Assembly (NCBI GenBank): GCA_950097015.1
Contig: CATNEN010000001.1
Location: 23,808,001-23,872,000, forward strand
Origin: Macrostomum hystrix
Lineage: Eukaryota > Animalia > Platyhelminthes
DNA length: 64,000 nucleotides
Reading direction: 5' to 3'
Part shown: positions 47,880 to 59,984 of the stretch, in pieces
Layout: every line of letters begins with the position of its first letter
Numbering within the stretch: the stretch's first letter is position 1
Notes under the pieces: model-generated
Told to the model about the DNA's origin: nothing
The model's input: the letters and a program-made list of their open reading frames with translations, nothing else
The model's database searches: none
Made by a program: the position numbers and the translations under genes

Positions 47880-49695
47880 CGAAGCTAGAATCGCAGCAGG
47901 ATCCGTAGTTCTAGAATCGCAGCAGGATCCGTAGCTCTAGAATCGCAGCAGGATCCGCAGTTTATAGAATCGCAGCAGGATCCGCAGTTTATAGAATCGC
48001 AGCAGGATCCGCAGTTCTAGAATCGCAGCAGGATCCGCAGTTTATAGAATCGCAGCAGGATCCGCAGTTTATAGAATCGCAGCAGGATCCGCAGTTTATA
48101 GAATCGCAGCAGGATCCGCAGTTTATAGAATCGCAGCAGGATCCGCAGTTTATAGAATCGCAGCAGGATCCGCGTTTTATAGAATCGCAGCAGGATTCGC
48201 AGTTCTAGAATCGCAGCAGGATCAGTAGCTCTAGAATCGCAGCAGGATCCGCAGTTTATAGAATCGCAGCAGGATCCGCAGTTTATATAATCGCAGCAGG
48301 ATCCGCAGTTCTACTATCGCAGCAGGATCCGTAGCTCTAGAATCGCAGCAGGATCCGTAGCTCTAGAATCGCAGCTGGATCCGTAGCTCTAGAATCGCAG
48401 CTGGATCCGTAGCTCTAGAATCGCAGCTGGATCCGTAGCTCTAGAATCGCAGCAGGGTTCTTAGCTCTAGTATCGCAGCTGGATCCGTTGCTCTAGAATC
48501 GCAGCAGGATCCTTAGTTCTAGAATCGCAGCTGGATCCGTAGCTCTAGAATCGCAGCAGGATCCGTAGCTCTAGAATCGCAGCAGGATCCGTAGCTCTAG
48601 TATCGCAGCTGGATCCGTAGCTCTAGAATCGCAGCAGGATCCGTAGCTCTAGAATCGCAGCAGGATTCGCAGTTCTAGAATCGCAGCAGGATCAGTAGCT
48701 CTAGAATCGCAGCAGGATCCGCAGTTTATAGAATCGCAGCAGGATCCGCAGTTTATAGAATCGCAGCAGGATCCGCAGTTCTACAATCGCAGCTGGATCC
48801 GTAGCTCTAGAATCGCAGCAGGATCCGTAGCTCTAGAATCGCAGCAGGATCAGTAGCTCTAGAATCGCAGCAGGATCCGCAGTTTATAGAATCGCAGCAG
48901 GATCCGCAGTTTATATAATCGCAGCAGGATCCGCAGTTCTACTATCGCAGCAGGATCCGTAGCTCTAGAATCGCAGCAGGATCCGTAGCTCTAGAATCGC
49001 AGCTGGATCCGTAGCTCTAGAATCGCAGCTGGATCCGTAGCTCTAGAATCGCAGCTGGATCCGTAGCTCTAGAATCGCAGCAGGGTTCTTAGCTCTAGTA
49101 TCGCAGCTGGATCCGTTGCTCTAGAATCGCAGCTGGATCCGTAGCTCTAGAATCGCAGCTGGATCCGTAGCTCTAGAATCGCAGCAGGGTTCTTAGCTCT
49201 AGTATCGCAGCTGGATCCGTAGCTCTAGAATCGCAGCTGGATCCGTAGCTCTAGAATTGCAGCAGGGTTCTTAGCTCTAGTATCGCAGATGGATCCGTTG
49301 CTCTAGAATCGCAGCTGGATCCGTAGCTCTAGAATCGCAGCTGGATCCGTAGCTCTAGAATCGCAGCAGGGTTCTTAGCTCTAGTATCGCAGCTGGATCC
49401 GTAGCTCTAGAATCGCAGCAGGATCCGTAGCTCTAGAATTGCAGCAGGGTTCTTAGCTCTAGTATCGCAGCTGGATCCGTAGCTCTAGAATCGCAGCAGG
49501 ATCCGTAGCTCTAGAATCGCAGCAGGGTTCTTAGCTCTAGTATCGCAGCAGGGTTCTTAGCTCTAGTATCGCAGCTGGATCCGTAGTTCTAGAATCGCAG
49601 CAGGATCCGTAGCTCTAGAATCGCAGCAGGATCCGTAGCTCTAGAATCGCAGCAGGATCCATAGTTCTAGAATCGCAGCAGGATCCGTAGCTAAA
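47880..49695. repeat. 25-27 bp minisatellite (CTAGAATCGCAGCAGGATCCGTAGCT)n, about 70 copies, between the convergent ACOX3 and orphan ORF
   Basis: Read directly. Confidence 0.97.
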
Positions 49696-50057
49696 ATGGA
49701 TCTTGGAATCGTATCAAGAGCTTATATCGCAGCAGAAGTCGTGACGGAATCGAACCAAGAGTAAGAACATTTTACTACATATTATTGAACTGATTATTGA
49801 TAGGAAAAATAGCAATCGAATAGCACTGAAACTTGCATTTGCAACGAGCTTTTATTTACATGATCATATTAGTCAAGAAAATTATTGAGTGATTAACTTA
49901 GTACTCAATGTACATTTTTTCGAGCTAGTTCTGAAAAATATTTATTTACCGCCAATTTAGTAAGTGAGAGTCGACTTTGCCCTTAATTGTGCGTAAAGTA
50001 TGAAAATAAAACAAGATAAGAATTGAGTCGTTGATTGTGGCGGCTCTTCGAGTCGAG

Positions 50058-50843
50058 CTAAGTGTTGCATGGCTTCTGCTTATTTTGCTTCTTTGACCGC
50101 TCCGGATACAGGAACAGCTGCATCAGCCCCGACTTGGACTTCGGACTTGGAGTCTTCGTTGATGCCGAGGCTGGACTTGGATGATCCTGACGCTGCTGCT
50201 GCTGCTGCTGCTGCTTATTATTCTTCAAGTCGACGCTGAAGCTGCGTGGCTTGGCTGTTGGCTGCGGGGGCGAATAGGGCGAATAGCAATGGTCGGATAG
50301 CGAGCCGTACCCGCCGTCGTTCGATACCCGGTTGCTCTGCAGCATCATCTGCTGCTGTTGCTGCAGAATCTGCTGCTGTAGAAGCTGCTGCTGCATCAGG
50401 CACTGCTGCTGAAGCTGCAGCTGGGAGATGTTGTGCGTCAGCTGATCTGACGGCAGCGGAGCCGCGCAAACAGCCGGCGGAGCACTCTGACCGCTCCTGT
50501 CGATGGAGGCGGTTGGCTGAGCCGATGGCACTGACTGGTGCGACTCCGGGTAGTCGTAGTAGCTTGTCTCACAGCTCTCGGCGAACTCCTTCATGCATTT
50601 CACGCTGAAGCCTAGGTTGACGCTGTCTTCCACCTTGGCCAGCAGCTCGTGATGCCTTGAGGCCACATCCTGCAGAGACATCAGACCCTCATTCAGCACA
50701 AACAGTCTGGCAGCCGTTGGCAGCTCCTTGGTGTTCATGAACTTGCAGAGCTCCTCGAACTGGTCGATGGCGTCCCGCTTCTTGAGAATTTCCAACGCGT
50801 GCCGAATTTCATGAAGTCGTTTTTCCAGGTCAGACTCGGACAT
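50058..50843 (-). CDS. Uncharacterised intronless protein, about 261 aa (helical N-terminal region, Q/S/P-rich C-terminus)
   Basis: ATG in GCAATG context at 50843, GC-rich codon usage like neighbouring exons, long non-repeat ORF; no family recognised. Confidence 0.6.
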   Translation of the reverse strand: MSESDLEKRLHEIRHALEILKKRDAIDQFEELCKFMNTKELPTAARLFVLNEGLMSLQDVASRHHELLAKVEDSVNLGFSVKCMKEFAESCETSYYDYPESHQSVPSAQPTASIDRSGQSAPPAVCAAPLPSDQLTHNISQLQLQQQCLMQQQLLQQQILQQQQQMMLQSNRVSNDGGYGSLSDHCYSPYSPPQPTAKPRSFSVDLKNNKQQQQQQQRQDHPSPASASTKTPSPKSKSGLMQLFLYPERSKKQNKQKPCNT

Positions 50844-51327
50844 TGCTGCTTGGGGGCTGAGCTGGCGCCTTGTTCCTGCGGCCTCTCGGCTAATTATCTT
50901 TCTGCTTTGCCGAATTGAAACACGGATTTTAGGGCGAGAGAGCTGAGACTCGTGTGCCGCCACCCCGATGTCATTGTGCCGGTACTCAACCCTTTCTCAT
51001 TTTCACTCCGCTCGTACTCGTCTTCGCCTAGGGGGGGGGTATTTTTCAGCCTTGCGCTGTGTAGTTTCCTGAGCAGTAGAACAGTATACACAGCTAAGGC
51101 TGTTTATGCGATGAGAACAGAACGTGCTCAATGTGTTTACATTCTATAATTATTTATTACTGCTCTAAAAATAGTATTTTTAAACTGCTGCTGCGTAGAA
51201 AATGCTTTTCTTATCTGTAAGCGATGACATTGTACAGAATCCACGTCCTGAAGTCTAGTTAAGTAATAGGATAATTAGACTTCATAATTTGTTACATTTA
51301 TTTTGGCCTGTAGTTAAACCAAATAAG

Positions 51328-54325
51328 AATCCTTTCCACAAGAGTGTCTCCAATCCGTATCACAATAGTGTCTCCAATCCGTATCACAAAAGTGTCTCCA
51401 ATCCGTATCACAAAAGTGTCTCCAATCCGTATCACAAGAGTGTCTCCAATCCGTATCACAAAAGTGTCTCCAATCCGTATCACAAGAGTGTCTCCAATCC
51501 GTATCACAAGAGTGTCTCCAATCCGTATCACAAGAGTGTCTCCAATCCGTATCACAAAAGTGTCTCCAATCCGTATCACAAGAGTGTCTCCAATCCTTTC
51601 CACAAGAGTATCTCCAATCCGTATCACAAGAGTGTCTCCAATCCGTATCACAAGAGTGTCTCCAATCCGTATCACAAGAGTGTCTCCAATCCGTATCACA
51701 AGAGTATCTCCAATCCGTATCACAAGAGTATCTCCAATCCGTATCACAAGAGTGTCTCCAATCCGTATCACAAGAGTATCTCCAATCCGTATCACAAGAG
51801 TGTCTCCAATCCGTATCACAAGAGTGTCTCCAATCCGTATCACAAGAGTGTCTCCAATCCGTATCACAAAAGTGTCTCCAATCCGTATCACAAAAGTGTC
51901 TCCAATCCGTATCACAAAAGTGTCTCCAATCCGTATCACAAAAGTGTCTCCAATCCGTATCACAAGAGTGTCTCCAATCCGTATCACAAGAGTGTCTCCA
52001 ATCCGTATCACAAGAGTGTCTCCAATCCGTATCACAAGAGTGTCTCCAATCCGTATCACAAGAGTGTCTCCAATCCGTATCACAAGAGTGTCTCCAATCC
52101 GTATCACAAAAGTGTCTCCAATCCGTATCACAAGAGTGTCTCCAATCCGTATCACAAAAGTGTCTCCAATCCGTATCACAAAAGTGTCTCCAATCCGTAT
52201 CACAAGAGTGTCTCCAATCCGTATCACAATAGTGTCTCCAATCCGTATCACAAGAGTGTCTCCAATCCGTATCACAAGAGTGTCTCCAATCCGTATCACA
52301 AGAGTGTCTCCAATCCGTATCACAAAAGTGTCTCCAATCCGTATCACAAGAGTGTCTCCAATCCGTATCACAAGAGTGTCTCCAATCCGTATCACAAAAG
52401 TGTCTCCAATCCGTATCACAAAAGTGTCTCCAATCCGTATCACAAAAGTGTCTCCAATCCGTATCACAAAAGTGTCTCCAATCCGTATCACAAAAGTGTC
52501 TCCAATCCGTATCACAAGAGTGTCTCCAATCCGTATCACAAAAGTGTCTCCAATCCGTATCACAAGAGTGTCTCCAATCCGTATCACAAAAGTGTCTCCA
52601 ATCCGTATCACAAGAGTGTCTCCAATCCGTATCACAAGAGTGTCTCCAATCCGTATCACAAAAGTGTCTCCAATCCGTATCACAAAAGTGTCTCCAATCC
52701 GTATCACAAGAGTGTCTCCAATCCGTATCACAAGAGTGTCTCCAATCCGTATCACAAGAGTGTCTCCAATCCGTATCACAAAAGTGTCTCCAATCCGTAT
52801 CACAAAAGTGTCTCCAATCCGTATCACAATAGTGTCTCCAATCCGTATCACAAGAGTGTCTCCAATCCGTATCACAAGAGTGTCTCCAATCCGTATCACA
52901 AGAGTGTCTCCAATCCGTATCACAAGAGTGTCTCCAATCCGTATCACAAGAGTGTCTCCAATCCGTATCACAAGAGTGTCTCCAATCCGTATCACAAAAG
53001 TGTCTCCGATCCGTATCACAAGAGTATCTCCAATCCGTATCACAAGAGTGTCTCCAATCCGTATCACAAGAGTGTCTCCAATCCGTATCACAAGAGTGTC
53101 TCCAATCCGTATCACAAGAGTGTCTCCAATCCGTATCACAAGAGTGTCTCCAATCCGTATCACAAGAGTGTCTCCAATCCGTATCACAAGAGTGTCTCCA
53201 ATCCGTATCACAAAAGTGTCTCCGATCCGTATCACAAGAGTATCTCCAATCCGTATCACAAGAGTGTCTCCAATCCGTATCACAAGAGTATCTCCAATCC
53301 GTATCACAAGAGTATCTCCAATCCGTATCACAAGAGTGTCTCCAATCCGTATCACAAGAGTGTCTCCAATCCGTATCACAAGAGTGTCTCCGATCCGTAT
53401 CACAAGAGTATCTCCAATCCGTATCACAAGAGTGTCTCCAATCCGTATCACAAGAGTGTCTCCAATCCGTATCACAAAAGTGTCTCCGATCCGTATCACA
53501 AGAGTGTCTCCAATCCGTATCACAAAAGTGTCTCCAATCCGTATCACAAGAGTGTCTCCAATCCGTATCACAAGAGTGTCTCCAATCCGTATCACAAGAG
53601 TGTCTCCAATCCGTATCACAAAAGTGTCTCCGATCCGTATCACAAAAGTGTCTCCAATCCGTATCACAAGAGTGTCTCCAATCCGTATCACAGGAGTGTC
53701 TCCGATCCGTATCACAAGAGTGTCTCCAATCCGTATCACAAGAGTGTCTCCAATCCGTATCACAAGAGTGTCTCCAATCCGTATCACAAGAGTGTCTCCA
53801 ATCCGTATCACAAGAGTGTCTCCAATCCGTATCACAAGAGTGTCTCCAATCCGTATCACAAGAGTGTCTCCAATCCGTATCACAAGAGTGTCTCCAATCC
53901 GTATCACAAAAGTGTCTCCAATCCGTATCACAAGAGTGTCTCCAATCCGTATCACAAGAGTGTCTCCAATCCGTATCACAGGAGTGTCTCCGATCCGTAT
54001 CACAAAAGTGTCTCCAATCCGTATCACAAGAGTGTCTCCAATCCGTATCACAAGAGTGTCTCCAATCCGTATCACAAGAGTGTCTCCAATCCGTATCACA
54101 AGAGTGTCTCCAATCCGTATCACAAGAGTGTCTCCAATCCGTATCACAAGAGTGTCTCCAATCCGTATCACAAAAGTGTCTCCAATCCGTATCACAAGAG
54201 TGTCTCCAATCCGTATCACAAGAGTGTCTCCAATCCGTATCACAAGAGTGTCTCCAATCCGTATCACAAGAGTGTCTCCAATCCGTATCACAAAAGTGTC
54301 TCCAATCCGTATCACAAAAGTGTCT
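51328..54325. repeat. 24-bp minisatellite (TCCAATCCGTATCACAAGAGTGTC)n, about 125 copies, no indels
   Basis: Read directly. Confidence 0.98.
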
Positions 54326-54394
54326 AAGATCCTGAACACCAGCGTATCTCAAATATTGATTAACATGTCTCCAAACTCCGTAAAACACGAATAA

Positions 54395-54645
54395 CCCCCT
54401 GCATTCCTGTCTCCTGTCGCTGTCTCCTGAGCACACCGATACTGTAGGCGGGCACACTCAAACGGGCGCTGACTTTCTCATCGTTAGACAGTGTACACTC
54501 TGACTGTGCCTAGGGGATTGGCCCTCAAGGGTGCAAATTGCACGACAACGCCAAAGCCTCTCTGCGTCTCTCTGCGTCTGCACCCCAAATGAATGTGGCC
54601 TCGCCGCGGAATAGAGCTCAGAGAAATTGTTGCGAGTGGCGAAAT
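54395..54645 (-). mobile_element. SINE family A, copy 3
   Basis: CTGACTTTCTCAT..CAGTGTACACTC..CTGTGCC..TTGGCCCTCAAGGG..AATGTGGCCTCGCCGCGGAAT matches copies 1 and 2. Confidence 0.78.
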
Positions 54646-54728
54646 TAATCGCTTGTGATTTTAGGCTTGACCAATAAATAAGGCTTTATGCGACTCATAA
54701 AATCCGCTCGCAACTTGCCCGTCTGCAG

Positions 54729-56375
54729 GCGCTTTTCAACTGCGGTTTCTGGGCTTCAAGCAGCCCCCAGCGGACTTTTACCTGAGGCCGGCACTGCTGC
54801 AGCAGGAGAGTCTGCAGACTGATTCCATCTGCATCGGAGATGAGCTGGCCAGCTCTCGAATGCTGTCTGCTGTCAAGGACCTGTTCACTCTGCACCCGAC
54901 GAGACCCAAGTTCGCATTCACCTTCTTCAGCTCTCTGTCTCACGAGAACAAAGACCTGTCTCCGATGGATTCCGAGCTGAGCAAGTTCTTGGAGTGGTTC
55001 GAGAAAGCCAACCTCACGCACAACACCAGCATCATTGTGATGTCGGACCACGGACAGCGACACGGTCCGTTGAGAAACTCCATGCAGGGCAAGCTGGAGG
55101 AGTCGCTACCACTGATGAGCATAGCGCTGAGCAGTCAGCTCATGAGTTACAGGAGAGATGCGGCAGAGAGGCTGAGGGTCAACTCCAAGCGACTCACGAC
55201 ACCCGTCGACATTCACAAAACACTGTTGAGCATGGCCGGAGTGACGGACGGAGTGAAGGCGCAGAGTGACAGGCTGCGATCGTACTCGCTGATCGATGAG
55301 CCAGTTCCCGAGGAGCGCAGCTGCTCAGACGCCGGCATTCCGACTCACTGGTGCTCGTGTCTGCGCCTGTCGAAGGTCGCCAAGCCGAACTCGCACAAGC
55401 TGGCTTTGAGAGCTGCCCAGTTCGCTGTGGGCCAGATGAACTCGGCCACAAAGCCCTTCCGACACCTGTGTCCGGAACTGCGACTCGGCAATGTCACTGA
55501 GGCGCATGTCAGTCTGGTAAGCGAGCCATACTGGACTCGGGGAGGGAGGGTGTCAAGCGGCTGCTGGACTGAGGGGTCTTGGATTGGCGAGGGTGTCACG
55601 TGGCTGCTGGACTGAGGGGTCTTGGATTGGCGAGGGTGTCAAGCGGCTGCTGGACTGAGGGGTCTTGGATTGGCGAGGGTGTCACGTGGCTGCTGGACTG
55701 AGGGGTCTTGGATTGGCGAGGGTGTCAAGCGGCTGCTGGACTGATGGGTCTTGTATTGGCGAGGGTGTCAAGCGGCTGCTGGACTGAGGGGTCTTGGATT
55801 GGCGATGGTGTCAAGCGGCTGCTGGACTGAGGGGTCTTGGATTGGCGAGGGTGTCAAGCGGCTGCTGGACTGAGGGGTCTTGGATTGGCGATGGTGTCAA
55901 GCGGCTGCTGGACTGAGGGGTCTTGTATATAGACCAAGGTGAAATGTTTTTAATCATATTTTCAGGAGGGCTGTTGGTACTGGCACACCATTGTCCCCTA
56001 GTTGGTCCCCTAGTTTAATGGGTAATGGTATGGTCGCAGTGCAGTGTTGTGGAGTCTAACTGTAAGATTTCGCCGCTGCAGGTGCACGATGATTTGGCAG
56101 GTCGGAAGCGTCACCTGGGCAAGGATTTCTCCTACATCACGACCAGCGCGGACCTGGTCGCCTCTGGCTACATTTCAGTCCGGTTAATTGTTCAACCCAG
56201 TGGTGGCCTGTATGATGCCACTGTGCAGTTTGCCCTGCAGCGAAGATCAGAGCAGCCTGGCCTTCGCAGCGCGAAGTATTCGCTGCTCAGCCAGCCGTCC
56301 AGAATCAACAGGTACGGTCGGCAGGCCGCCTGCATTACTGAGCGGCGGCCTGATCTGAGGAAATTCTGCTTCTGA
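54729..56375 (+). CDS. DUF229-family (alkaline phosphatase/sulfatase-like superfamily) protein, 3' portion; exons 54729-55516 and 56082-56375; 5' exons not found
   Basis: FLGFKQPPADFYLRP, IIVMSDHGQRHG, QGKLEESLP, NSKRLTTPVDIHKTL, VPEERSCSDAGIPTHWCSC, SRINRYGRQAAC..LRKFC; GT-AG junctions in phase. Confidence 0.82.
55540..55925. repeat. 43-bp minisatellite (GGCTGCTGGACTGAGGGGTCTTGGATTGGCGAGGGTGTCAAGC)n, about 9 copies, DUF229 copy A intron
   Basis: Read directly. Confidence 0.95.
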
Positions 56376-56537
56376 AGTTATGTGTGACTCTCAGATTTGT
56401 TGGAAGTCGTCCAACGCGCTGACGTTCTTGAGCTATTATATCTCGTTGACGCGACTTACGGGATTTACACTTTTTGAGAGAGCTGTCAAATGTTATGCGG
56501 TGCCTTCATCTTGTTGTCACCATGTCATGGTTGAAAG

Positions 56538-57115
56538 GTTGTCAAATGGTAGACAGGGTGTCAAATGGTAGACAGGAGTCAAATGGTAGACAGTAGTCAA
56601 ATGGTAGACAGTAGTCAAATGGTAGACAGGGTGTCAAATGGTAGACAGGAGTCAAATGGTAGTCAGGGTGTCAAATGGTAGACAGGAGTCAAATGGTAGA
56701 CAGGGTGTCAAATGGTAGACAGTAGTCAAATGGTAGACAGGGTGTCAAATGGTAGACAGGAGTCAAATGGTAGTCAGGGTGTCAAATGGTAGACAGGAGT
56801 CAAATGGTAGACAGGGTGCCAAATGGTAGACAGGGTGTCAAATGGTAGACAGTAGTCAAATGGTAGACAGGGTATCAAATGGTAGACAGGAGTCAAATGG
56901 TAGTCAGGGTGTCAAATGGTAGACAGGGTGTCAAATGGTAGACAGGGTGTCAAATGGTAGACAGGGTGTCAAATGGTAGACAGGGTGTCAAATGGTAGAC
57001 AGGTTGTCAAATGGTAGTCAGGGTGTCAAATGGTAGACAGGGTGTCAAATGGTAGACAGGGTGTCAAATGGTAGACAGGGTGTCAAATGGTAGTCTGGGG
57101 TGCCGAACGGTAGAC
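56538..57115. repeat. 18/19-bp minisatellite (GTCAAATGGTAGACAGGGT)n downstream of DUF229 copy A
   Basis: Read directly. Confidence 0.96.
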
Positions 57116-57469
57116 AATGATCAATAATAAACTAGAGTGAAATTCACTGTTTTCAAAAGATGTACACTGTGGTTTTAAAGTAACAACCACTAGACGGTGT
57201 GTGGAGCATCTGTTGGATGATTGTAAGTGATAATTAAAAAGTTGTTTAATGTACTCGTAGTTATGGAGATACTGCACGACTTGTTCAAATCGAATTAATT
57301 GCGTGCTTTTGATTAAAGTCCGAGTGCAGCTACTGCCAAGTAGGCAATGTCGATCATTTGGGGTGTTTATTTCTTAAATACATGTTCGAGTGCTAATATG
57401 CATTAAGAATAATAATAATAATTGTTTTATCGACTCACGAAAATTTTTATAGGATTCTAAAAAACAGTA

Positions 57470-59280
57470 AATGACAATCTTTGTTATCTCAAAATGGCCC
57501 TTTAAGGACTCCAAAACGGCAGTCCTTGTAGTCTCAAAATGGCAATTTTTATGATACTAAAGTGGCACTCCTTGTAGTCTCAAAATGGCATTTTTTAAGA
57601 AACCAAAGTGGCACTCCTTGTAGTCTCAAAATGGCACTCTTTAAGAAACCAAAGTGGCAATCCTTGTAGTCTCAAAATGGCACTCTTTAAGAAACCAAAG
57701 TGGCAATCCTTGTAGTCTCAAAATGGCATTCTTTAAGAAACCAAAGTGGCAATCCTTGTAGTCTCAAAATGGCACTCTTTAAGAAACCAAAGTGGCACTC
57801 CTTGTAGTCTCAAAATGGCACTCTTTAAGAAACCAAAGTGGCAATCCTTGTAGTCTCAAAATGGCACTCTTTAAGAAACCAAAGTGGCACTCCTTGTAGT
57901 TACAAAATGGCACTCTTTAAGAAACCAAAGTGGCAATCCTTGTAGTCTCAAAATGGCACTCTTTAAGAAACCAAAGTGGCAATCCTTGTAGTCTCAAAAT
58001 GGCACTCTTTAAGAAACCAAAGTGGCACTCCTTGTAGTCTCAAAATGGCACTCTTTAAGAAACCAAAGTGGCACTCCTTGTAGTCTCAAAATGGCACTCT
58101 TTAAGAAACCAAAGTGGCAATCCTTGTAGTCTCAAAATGGCACTCTTTAAGAAACCAAAGTGGCACTCCTTGTAGTCTCAAAATGGCACTCTTTAAGAAA
58201 CCAAAGTGGCACTCCTTGTAGTCTCAAAATGGCACTCTTTAAGAAACCAAAGTGGCACTCCTTGTAGTCTCAAAATGGCACTCTTTAAGAAACCAAAGTG
58301 GCAATCCTTGTAGTCTCAAAATGGCACTCTTTAAGAGACCAAAGTGGCACTCCTTGTAGTCTCAAAATGGCACTCTTTAAGAAACCAAAGTGGCACTCCT
58401 TGTAGTTACAAAATGGCACTCTTTAAGAAACCAAAGTGGCACTCCTTGTAGTCTCAAAATGGCACTCTTTAAGAAACCAAAGTGGCAATCCTTGTAGTCT
58501 CAAAATGGCACTCTTTAAGAAACCAAAGTGGCACTCCTTGTAGTTACAAAATGGCACTCTTTAAGAAACCAAAGTGGCACTCCTTGTAGTCTCAAAATGG
58601 CACTCTTTAAGAAACCAAAGTGGCACTCCTTGTAGTCTCAAAATGGCACTCTTTAAGAAACCAAAGTGGCAATCCTTGTAGTCTCAAAATGGCACTCTTT
58701 AAGAAACCAAAGTGGCACTCCTTGTAGTTACAAAATGGCACTCTTCAAGAAACCAAAGTGGCACTCCTTGTAGTTACAAAATGGCACTCTTTAAGAAACC
58801 AAAGTGGCAATCCTTGTAGTTACAAAATGGCACTCTTTATGATACTAAAGTGGCACTCCTTGTAGTCTCAAAATGGCACTCTTTAAGAAACCAAAGTGGC
58901 ACTCCTTGTAGTCTCAAAATGGCACTCTTTAAGAAACCAAAGTGGCAATCCTTGTAGTCTCAAAATGGCACTCTTTAAGAAACCAAAGTGGCACTCCTTG
59001 TAGTTACAAAATGGCACTCTTCAAGAAACCAAAGTGGCACTCCTTGTAGTTACAAAATGGCACTCTTTAAGAAACCAAAGTGGCACTCCTTGTAGTTACA
59101 AAATGGCACTCTTTAAGAAACCAAAGTGGCAATCCTTGTAGTTACAAAATGGCACTCTTTAAGAAACCAAAGTGGCACTCCTTGTAGTTACAAAATGGCA
59201 CTTTCAAGTCTACGAAACGGCACTTCCAAGTTTACAAAACAGCAACCATTTTAGTCTTAAGATTCCAAAGTGGCAATCCT
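57470..59280. repeat. 46-bp minisatellite built from two 23-bp subunits (GGCACTCCTTGTAGTCTCAAAAT + GGCACTCTTTAAGAAACCAAAGT)
   Basis: Read directly; diverged monomers at both edges. Confidence 0.97.
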
Positions 59281-59984
59281 CTTAATCTCTAAATGAACCG
59301 CTCAATGCGTGAACATAACGAGTATTATAAGTCAAGCAATACTTGGTTGAAAAGAAATATGTCTAAAACTTAATTTCATGAGTCAAAATTTTGCCCAAAC
59401 AGACAATCGAATTGAAATGTTTAACACATTTAAATTTGCTATACTTTTTTATTCGATTCAAGTAACAAAATCATTGATTAGCGAGAAAGCAAAACTGCGA
59501 AATCAGACAAAATTGAGCCGCGACACTACCTCTGCTGGTGCGAGATCCTCTGGCTGAAGCACGGCGCTGGACTCCTTGACCGAGTGGTCAGGGCCCAGAC
59601 TTAACAACAAGAACAAACCGCACAAGTTCTCAAGCAACAAATCAGATCAGTGGAAGCGAAAAACAATTACATTAGAAAAACATAAAAAAGCGATTATGGA
59701 AAAGCAACTGGGAGAGATTATAATTTAGTTTCTGATCGCGGCCACCAGATGGCATCGGGCAGGCTTAGCTGCGAATTTCATCTGGAATTGCGCGGCCAAG
59801 TCTCCAGAGACTCCAGCGTCGGCCGGGGAGGGGTCGATAAAACCCGGGCTGCACTGAAGCACTAATAGCATAAAAGGAAAGAAATTATGTGAAACATTTT
59901 TTTGGAATCCGCTGGAGGAAGCGAGAGAAAGGGGAGACGAGTAAACATAGAACAGAGGGTGGTTAAGAAGACTAGACTGGAGAA

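Noticed and set aside
51289-54457. Four overlapping ORFs of over 1000 aa on both strands
   Set aside because: A 24-bp unit lacking stops in most frames gives this automatically; no unique domain or credible start
14570-59280. CRISPR-like appearance of 23-46 bp repeats
   Set aside because: Head-to-tail units with no unique spacers, no cas genes, eukaryotic context
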